Shown here in pieces: positions 55,693 to 64,000 of a stretch of 64,000 nt of DNA. Origin of the DNA: Octopus vulgaris. Taxonomy: Eukaryota. Location of the stretch: assembly GCA_951406725.2 (NCBI GenBank), contig OX597815.1:180606001-180670000 (forward strand). The letters are read 5' to 3'. Each line of letters starts with the position of its first letter. Positions within the stretch are counted from its first letter, which is position 1. The notes under the pieces are model-generated. The model had not been told where the DNA came from, searched no databases, and saw nothing but the letters and a program-made list of their open reading frames with translations. Made by a program: the position numbers and the translations under genes.

Positions 55693-55796
55693 AGGAGACG
55701 GAGGAAAGTCCAAGAGAAAAGGAAGACAGAGGAAAGAAATCGCCAACGATTCACATGTGGTTATGTGTGTGTGCGTGTGTGTGTATGTGTGTATGT

Positions 55797-56285
55797 CTCT
55801 TCTATTTTTTTAATTGTTATAAATCTTCCACTGAGGAGGGAATCGGTTTCCAACAAAAATACAAGGTTCCATCTTTGGGATGTAGTTAACACAGACAGTT
55901 TCATATTTGAAACTTGAGAAAAGTCTTGCATATTTTTATTGTTCCACTCACAGATTCCACTCGTAATGTACAAATTAGCCGGTCGATTTCACTTTCTGAA
56001 AATTCCAGTTTATCCAAATTCTCCTTTAAGTATTTACTAACAAAACCTAGTGCTCCAATTATTATTGGTATGAATATGAATTCCTAGTCTGGAGGTTTCG
56101 AAGCAGTTGTCCAAAGGTATCCTCTTTTTCTTTGATTTTCAAAGAGATATTTATATCTGCTGGGCAGCTGACCTCTATGACTCTACGTACCTTTGCCCAT
56201 TTGCCCCAAGCAACAATATCTGGCCTGTTATGTTTACATTTGACAGAAGTTTTCATGGGAATATTCCACTAGTATTCCATATGGA
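55797..56285 (-). mobile_element. 3' portion of an RLE-type (R4/Dong-like) non-LTR retrotransposon, copy 2
   Basis: HNRPDIVAW...VIEVSCPADINISLKIKEKEDTF is a PD-(D/E)xK restriction-like endonuclease motif. It continues as IPIIIGALG...KENLDKL...KICKTF. Confidence 0.85.
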
Positions 56286-56295
56286 TGTATATATG

Positions 56296-56561
56296 AGAAA
56301 TTACGAAAAACACAAGTTAATATAATTTTGTTCCTACGTACGTTTCACCATTGTGGTTGTTTGGAACTCTGCATTTGATATTCCAAGTGTAATTAAGTGC
56401 TTAACCACAACGGATCATGGGGGACTACTTTCTTGCATTATGTTACAGAGAGCTAATATTAATTGAACTTGAAACATCTTATGCAGAGTTCGAAACACTC
56501 ACAATGGTAAAACGTACCGCGTAGGCACAAATGAAATAAATCCGCGTTTATCATAATTTCT
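56296..56561. mobile_element. Palindromic MITE relic with arms of about 100 bp
   Basis: TACGTTTCACCATTGTG..GAACTCTGCAT is mirrored by ATGCAGAGTTC..CACAATGGTAAAACGTA. Confidence 0.72.
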
Positions 56562-56964
56562 TCTCAATTTGGTCTGTAATTCATGACTAGTATGACTACT
56601 AGGTACAGTAGCTGTTTAACCACTATACTGGAAGCAGACTGGGTTATGATAACCTACGTGGAATTCTAAACTGAACAGTAGCAGTCATACATCTATTTGT
56701 ATACACATGACACAATAAGTGTGTGTATCGTTGTATTTGTGTTTGTTACCCCCACCACTTTAAACCGGTGCTGGTTTGTTTACGTTCCTGTAACTTAGCG
56801 GTTCGGCAAACAAAATCGATGTCAGACCTTAAAAAAACAAGCACTGCAGTCGATTCGTTCGGTTAAATCCTTCAGGCCGGTACCACAGCATGTCCAGGGT
56901 CCGTCCATTTGTTAAAACATGTAAAAGGTAAAAGTTATGTTTTTAATTTAAAATTTTCATCAAA

Positions 56965-57358
56965 TCTTTATATATAAAAGTGAAGTTGTGTGTCTGTCTA
57001 CTCCGATTTAGATTCCTAACTACTCCCACATTTTGCGGTGCAGTTTAACCAAAACCGGGTATCTTATAGTCGTGATTCATATCGAGCCCTTCTGGGTAAT
57101 AGCGCGTGTATACGATGAGTCTACGATTTTAAAAATAATTTACCATCATTTTTTTCCATTTTAATGCATATTTTTTTAAATATAAGGGAAGTAACTCTCT
57201 AAAAATGTCTACGATGAGTCAACGATTTAAAAAAAAATTACCATCATATTTTTTCCATTTTTAATGCATTTTTTTGCTATTTTTTGGCTATAACTCTCTA
57301 AAAATGCTTTATAGTTATTTCCCTTACAAACCCGAGCAACGCCGGGCGATACTGCTAG
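56965..57358 (+). mobile_element. Non-autonomous Helitron (family H1, copy 2, with internal tandem duplication)
   Basis: A|TCTTTATATATAAAAG...CCCGAGCAACGCCGGGCGATACTGCTAG|T. An internal unit of about 95 bp (TACGATGAGTC...TAACTCTCTAAAAATG) occurs twice. Confidence 0.9.
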
Positions 57359-57650
57359 TAATTTATATTATTTTGTTGCATAGTAATACAAAAACTAATC
57401 AGATCAAAGAACTTGTTTTACCAAAACAAAACGACATTTCTTCATTAACAAAGACCAGGGACAGAACGGGAAAATCTAGGCTCGAGGACTTAGCGTTAGA
57501 GACAGAGTCATCGCTTGTGACTGTGTAAGAAGTTTGCTTCCCAGTCACATTGCTCCGGGTTCAGTCCAACTGCATGGCATCTTCTATAACCACAGGCCGA
57601 CCAAAACCCTGTGAGTGGATTTGGTAGACGGAAACTGAAACAAGCCCATC

Positions 57651-57703
<53 letters not shown>

Positions 57704-58443
57704 TTTGCGTCTGTGTTTGTCCTCTGCCACCGCTTTGCAATCGGCGTTGGTTTGTTTACGTTCCCGTCACTTAGCGGCTCGGCATAAGAGAGCGACAGAA
57801 TAGAATCAGGCTTTAAAAAGGTTTTGTGATCGATTTGTTCGACCTAAATTCTTCAAGGCGGTGCTCCAGCATGGCCCCGGTCAAATGACTGAAACAAGTA
57901 AAAGCTAAAAGATAAATGGTACTTGTTTTACCAAAACAAAATGACAGCTCTTCGTTTACAAAGAGCAGAGACAGAACGAGAAAAGCTAGGCTCGAGAACT
58001 TAGCATTAGAAGCCGAGGTAATTGCTTACTCTTGTGATATCGTCTTACACCATCGCACTCGATTGTCTAGGCGGACTTTGGCTTACATTTGGGCTGTATC
58101 AATAAAATAAGAATCAATTATATCTTGCCGAAATGAAATTGCCTTACTGCTCTTTCTCACTAGATGTCAGAACATAAAAAGTCATCAGGCAGCTATAAAA
58201 CAGCCGATTTAGTGGCAAGAGAGAAAAGAGAAAGAAAAGAAAAGAAATATATTAATTATATAATATGTGTAAGCGCCCACAACTTCCGCAGTCTAGAGAC
58301 TATCTTCAATTCTGCTAAAATACATTTATAACAATGTCAAGTGGAGTGAATGAGTGAACGGTTCTATAGCATGTATCCTTATGATTATATGACCGTCAAA
58401 TAATGAGATGTGTTTCGTTTAATTCGTCATCAACAAATTTCAT

Positions 58444-58541
<98 letters not shown>

Positions 58542-58746
58542 ATATATATATATAGATATATACACACACACATTATATATATATATATATATACAGATAT
58601 ATACACACAAACATTATATATATATATAGATATATACACACAAACATTATATATATATATATATATATATAGAAATATACACACAAACATTATATATATA
58701 TATATATATAGATATATACACACAAACATTATATATATATACAAAC

Positions 58747-58788
<42 letters not shown>

Positions 58789-58793
58789 AACAT

Positions 58794-58825
<32 letters not shown>

Positions 58826-58838
58826 CAGACACGATAGG

Positions 58839-58897
<59 letters not shown>

Positions 58898-59070
58898 ATA
58901 GATAGATGCATGTATGTCTGTGTAGAACCTGAGTCTTCCACTGTAATGAGGAGCGATGGATTTTTAAATTGAGGACGCAGCATATGTCAGACGATTTATT
59001 CATCTCTTCTTCACTTCGTTATCTGCATGGCAATCTATCCCGGTCTCTCGCTCACTTTCTTTTTTCCTCC

Positions 59071-59116
<46 letters not shown>

Positions 59117-59670
59117 GTGTTTCTCTCTCTCTTTCTTTCCCTCCTTCTCTGTTGTCTCTTCCCATCTCTCTCTTACATAATAATGAAGTTTTTCTGTTGA
59201 TTCACGCATTAAAACTGTTGCTCTATCAACTAAGCAAACATCCGTTACATACATCTAACTCAATTGCACAGACAAAAGAAAACGAAGAAAAAAAACGAAA
59301 AATAAAAAAGCATAATAATGAAAGAAAAGAAACAAAGCAACCATAAAAGACACCAGAAACAATGAAAACTATGCCAGCACTCTGGGTTAATAATGTTAAT
59401 TTCGAAAATGCTATTTTATTTAATTTTCCTTGGGATTGAGGAAAATAATTAAAGTGCAACGATTCAACAAGACTAAAACAAGTTTTCTTTAGAAAACATA
59501 TTGGCATGGGTATGTAAACAATGCACACACGCAAATTTAAGGTCAATCTCTCCTTCTCACTCTTGCATAAATATACACATACAAGCGTTTATACAAATTA
59601 ATTATTATTTTATTGCGGCGTATTGAAGCACAGAATAATTGATACTTATTGTATATAATATAATACACGC

Positions 59671-59746
<76 letters not shown>

Positions 59747-60750
59747 TACAGTCCGATGTAAGATCTCTAATACATGCCGAGTATGCGAGTTCTGCAACAT
59801 AGAAATTACAATCTATAAGGGATATATATGTCACCTTTATAGAACCTAAACTAGCAGAATCACAAACATTACATAGGCATGAGAGAGGAAAAATTTAAAC
59901 AAAGATTTGACAATCGTACATCCTCCTTTAAACTAAACGAAAAACACTATAAATTTAGCCAACGATATCTGGAAGTCGAAAGAAATGGGCTCGAACTATG
60001 GTAGTAAAACCCTGGAAGATTCAGGCTCTGCCAGACTTGAAGTAAACGGTATCCCTTGTGCTCTGAAGAGAAGAAGAGAATCCTTGAAAATGTTTATTAA
60101 AATAAATTCTCTTTTATCGTCAATTTAGGAAATGAATAGGCTTCGAAAAGAAGTTATTACATAACTAGGAAACACCACTTTCATCCGACTGAAACCATCA
60201 ATATGCACTAACATCTCATATTGCTTCATCTCAGACTCCCTTGCTCTTCGGCATTCAATTTCTCCGCTCCATAATTCACTTTCTTTATTCTCTTATATTC
60301 TCTTTCTTATAGCAGTCTTCTTTTTCCCACCCTATTATTATCGTCTCTTCACCTGGAGGAGGTTAATCATCTTTTGTCGCATTTACTTTTTTAGTTTCCC
60401 ACTAACTTCAAGTAATTTTGCGGTCTTTATTTTAATGATTTTAATATCATAATTAGGGAAACTGATGCAGTGACCCTGAAGGCGAGTTATTCATCTTTAT
60501 AAAAGCAAAAAGCGTCAGTCTTCAAACCCTGTTTATATGTAATATTTTTCGTCTTTTACTTGTTTCAGTCATCACGCTGCGACCATGCTGGAGCAGCACC
60601 TTGGAAAATTTAAGTCAAAGAATCGACTCTAGTGCTTATGCTTTGAAGCCTGGTACTTATTCTGTCAGTCTTTTGATGATCCGCTAAGTTACGGGGACGT
60701 AAATACTCCAACACTGGTTGTCAAACGGTGGTGGGTGACAAACGCAGATA

Positions 60751-60812
<62 letters not shown>

Positions 60813-61269
60813 TACACACACACACACACACACACACAGCATATCTTGTGTATCCAAAGTTGTTTAGATTTCCATGTAGATCATCATAATCCAGTCTGTT
60901 GCATATATATTTGTTAAATAATTTCTACCCTTATTATTTTTACACGTTATGAACCATGGAGTAACCGTAGGAGAAACTACAATAAACACAAGTTTATATT
61001 AAAGTTCCTCTGCGCGTTTCACCATTATCATTTTTTTGTGTTCTGCGTTAGTTGTTCCGAGAGAATTTAGACGATCGACCCCAACTGATCATCAGTGAAT
61101 ACTTCAGTGCGTTAAGCTACAGATAACTTAATGCAATAAAATGTCCCCTGATAATCCATTATGACCGAGCATCTAAATGCACTTAGAAGATTCAAAACAG
61201 CCACAGTAGCTAAACGTGCGTAGGAACTATATTATAAACTCGGGTTTATCATTATTTCTCATATATACA

Positions 61270-61303
<34 letters not shown>

Positions 61304-61393
61304 GGAAAGTTTACGAAAATAAACAAAAGACGAAGACAGGTGGTGTACAAAACAAACAGATGTATTAGTATAGCGCTCAGGAATAGAAAAAGT

Positions 61394-61429
61394 CTGTTAC
61401 GTTTCGAGCCTACGCTCTTTTACAGAAAG
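61394..61429 (-). ncRNA. Degenerate family F1 hammerhead-like motif
   Basis: CTTT-CTGTAAA-A-GAGC(GTAG)GCTC-GAAAC-GTA-ACAG; G8 is also lost. Confidence 0.45.
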
Positions 61430-61712
61430 GTACACCGAAAAAAACAAGGAGAGAAACAAGGAGAGAAAAAAATGTGTGTAGTGGCTAATGTGTGTGTGTG
61501 GTCCCTTGATCGTTGACTCACCATTTCCCTGTGGCTGCTTGCCGTCGGCGCCACCAGCGTAGAATAATATTATTGTTGAATGCGTGAAATTGTGTTTGAC
61601 CTTCTGGCCGATATCTGATGAAGACTTGATGATCTTCTGTGTTTGTTAACCGTTTCTTTGTGGTTTTATAGTGTTTTAAACTTATCATATATATATATAT
61701 GTGTGTGTATGC

Positions 61713-61778
<66 letters not shown>

Positions 61779-61810
61779 TGGACTTTCTATGTTTCTTCAT
61801 TCGGTAATTT

Positions 61811-61863
61811 GAGCCTGAACGAGCCGGGTTTCCGTTAGAAGTCCGCGAAACGCTGAGTCGCAT
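61811..61863 (+). ncRNA. Hammerhead-like motif with an 8-nt core CUGAACGA
   Basis: GAGC-CTGAACGA-GC[C]GGGTTTC(CGTTA)GAAGTCCGC-GAAAC-GCTGA-GTC-GCAT. Confidence 0.55.
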
Positions 61864-61883
61864 GGTGCCGAATCAAACTGTAT

Positions 61884-61914
<31 letters not shown>

Positions 61915-62057
61915 TAATAATGGCAATAATGATAATATATGATTCTGAGTGAGTATATTGAAAGAAATATAATATAGATTTTTTTTTCATTATATTCAGA
62001 AGTTTAATAGTTACGTATATGTTGACATGTTTAGTTATTGTATGTTAATTGTTATGG

Positions 62058-62058
<1 letters not shown>

Positions 62059-62134
<76 letters not shown>
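62059..62134. repeat. (ATA)n trinucleotide repeat
   Basis: Direct reading. Confidence 0.98.
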
Positions 62135-62136
<2 letters not shown>

Positions 62137-62579
62137 AATTATTGTATACAGTGCTCAGGTGCACCACAACATTTAACAATGCACCATTCAAATTTGATCA
62201 TTCATTCTGTTTTTTATATTTATGTGTGGCTTGTGTATACAAGCATATATGCATTTCTGTGTTTGTCCATACATATCTATACCTATTCTTGCTCTCTCTT
62301 TTTTGTGTCTTGTCTCAAATGATCTAAACTGTGTGTACGTGTTTATTCCACAAATATGTGTGTCCTACAAAAGTATAAATAGAATGTAGACTTAAAAAAA
62401 AAAATTCAAACATAAATCTCTCTTGCTATAAAATGTCGAGAAATAATATAGACGTTGAAAAGAAAACATGTCTACACGAACATATGGCTAATATCAATGA
62501 CAAATAATATGCTTATTGTTGTTGACGCATGATTCGTTGGACCTTCAGATTTGCAGTTCTCTCTCGCGCTCTCTCTCTT

Positions 62580-62632
<53 letters not shown>

Positions 62633-62714
62633 GTGTCTGTTTGTATGCATGCATAAACAGACACACACACAAGCACATATATGAGTGTGTGTGTGTGTAT
62701 ATATATATATGTAT

Positions 62715-62745
<31 letters not shown>

Positions 62746-62937
62746 TATATGTGTGTGCGTATACACGTATATTTCGCATGTATACATATATGTATATGCA
62801 TCTGTGTGTATGTATATAAGTCTGTTTGTCTATCTATGAGTCTGTCTATCTATCTATCTACACACACACACACACATATACATATTATGCATATATACAT
62901 ATCTATATATACATATACATACACATACACATATATA

Positions 62938-62989
<52 letters not shown>

Positions 62990-63071
62990 TTTCAACATGT
63001 GATCTCTTAAGCACCACCAGCTCAAATATTTTCTCCTCTGTCTTCCCTCCTTGGGATCTTTCCTTCTCCTT

Positions 63072-63106
63072 GTTTCCGACGAAGAGCTCCGCTCGAAACG
63101 TTAAAC
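63072..63106 (+). ncRNA. Hammerhead motif, U4C variant (family F2)
   Basis: GTTT-CCGACGA-A-GAGC(TCC)GCTC-GAAAC-GTT-AAAC. Confidence 0.68.
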
Positions 63107-63207
63107 CCTCCTTCCCTTCTTTCCTGAGCGTCAATAATACTTTAATTGTTCCACGTCCTGCGTTGCTGTGTTTTTTCTCTTTTTTTTCTGTGTTTTCTTG
63201 TTTGGAT

Positions 63208-63245
<38 letters not shown>

Positions 63246-63265
63246 CATACACATACACATATATA

Positions 63266-63316
<51 letters not shown>

Positions 63317-63454
63317 CGGAGACGTACTTGCATAGCAAGTGATTTGATCTGAGATCGTGTGCTGGAACGAAAACAATTGCAGCATGGAAGGTATTTGTAA
63401 GCCATTTAAGAAACACACAAAAGCCGTTCGATTCACTTCAACATTTAAGTTTAA

Positions 63455-63505
63455 TTTGTCAAAATATTTTCGTCGCTATAAGACCGCGACCTGTTCACTG
63501 ACAAA
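63455..63505 (-). ncRNA. Hammerhead motif with compensatory G3-C8 core
   Basis: TTTGTCA-GTGAACA-G-GTCGC(GGTCTTATA)GCGAC-GAAAA-TA-TTT-TGACAAA; 7-bp stem I, 5-bp stem II, AATATT palindrome. Confidence 0.72.
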
Positions 63506-64000
63506 AATCCGTGATATATTTTTGACATGGGTGATTCTTTCTTGTCTTGGGATTCATGGTCAAACGGCTGGGTGGAATTGCGCGAAAAATTACACAGATG
63601 TGTAGAATAATCCTGTGGTGATGCTGGGTTTTGTATGTTTATCGTTCCTAATTTAGCCTAATAAGACCCGGCAAATTGAGGAATTGGCGGATAGAGGATA
63701 TTCAACACTATTGATCCCTATATTTGGCTGGCATTGTACTGATCGTCTGGGAAAAGATGAAAGGCAAAATTGCCCTTGGCTGCGGGATGAAAACATAGTA
63801 TTTTTTTTTGTTCTATACTCTCCGAAAGAATGGAATTTGTAATCATACATTTGTTATGAAAATCATCACATTTTATTTAAAAACCTTAGCCGTCATGCGC
63901 AAGCGAGTATGATGTAGAGCTTGTACCATACTTCTGCCAATTGTTTTAAGTACCTATTGTAATTGCGAGTACACAGTAACATCTGAAGAGAGAGAGAGAG

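Noticed and set aside
61000-61100. Minus-strand ATTCA-CTGATGA...GATC-GTC-TAAAT and a nearby GAAACGCGCAGAG
   Set aside because: GAAAC is missing from the first motif and the second has no matching core. It may be a deleted hammerhead but is not supportable.

Overview
AT-rich, gene-poor eukaryotic DNA saturated with microsatellites and transposable-element debris. The repeat families (a tRNA/CORE-type SINE with an internal (TA)n/(TG)n tract and a Meta-domain-type SINE) look like those of octopus genomes; this is inferred from recognition, not from a search. I can support no intact host protein-coding gene, rRNA, true tRNA or CRISPR array. Nearly all listed ORFs are microsatellite or SINE read-throughs. 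Recognisable elements: a full-length but inactivated DD34D mariner (11161-12452), a decayed piggyBac (about 49707-51716), three non-autonomous Helitrons, hAT/Tigger/piggyBac/mariner MITEs, and 3' ends of Tx1-like, RLE (R4/Dong-like) and CR1/L2-like LINEs. The main unexpected signal is about 20 minimal type I hammerhead-ribozyme motifs of the Penelope/retrozyme type. They belong to roughly 9 short non-coding element families, mostly abut (TA)n tracts, and often nest inside SINEs or stack in same-strand arrays. They include a G3-C8 compensatory core swap, a family-wide A6U core, U3 and C4 variants, and one copy fused behind a tRNA-derived Pol III head. All coordinates were read by eye; element boundaries are approximate unless termini are quoted.
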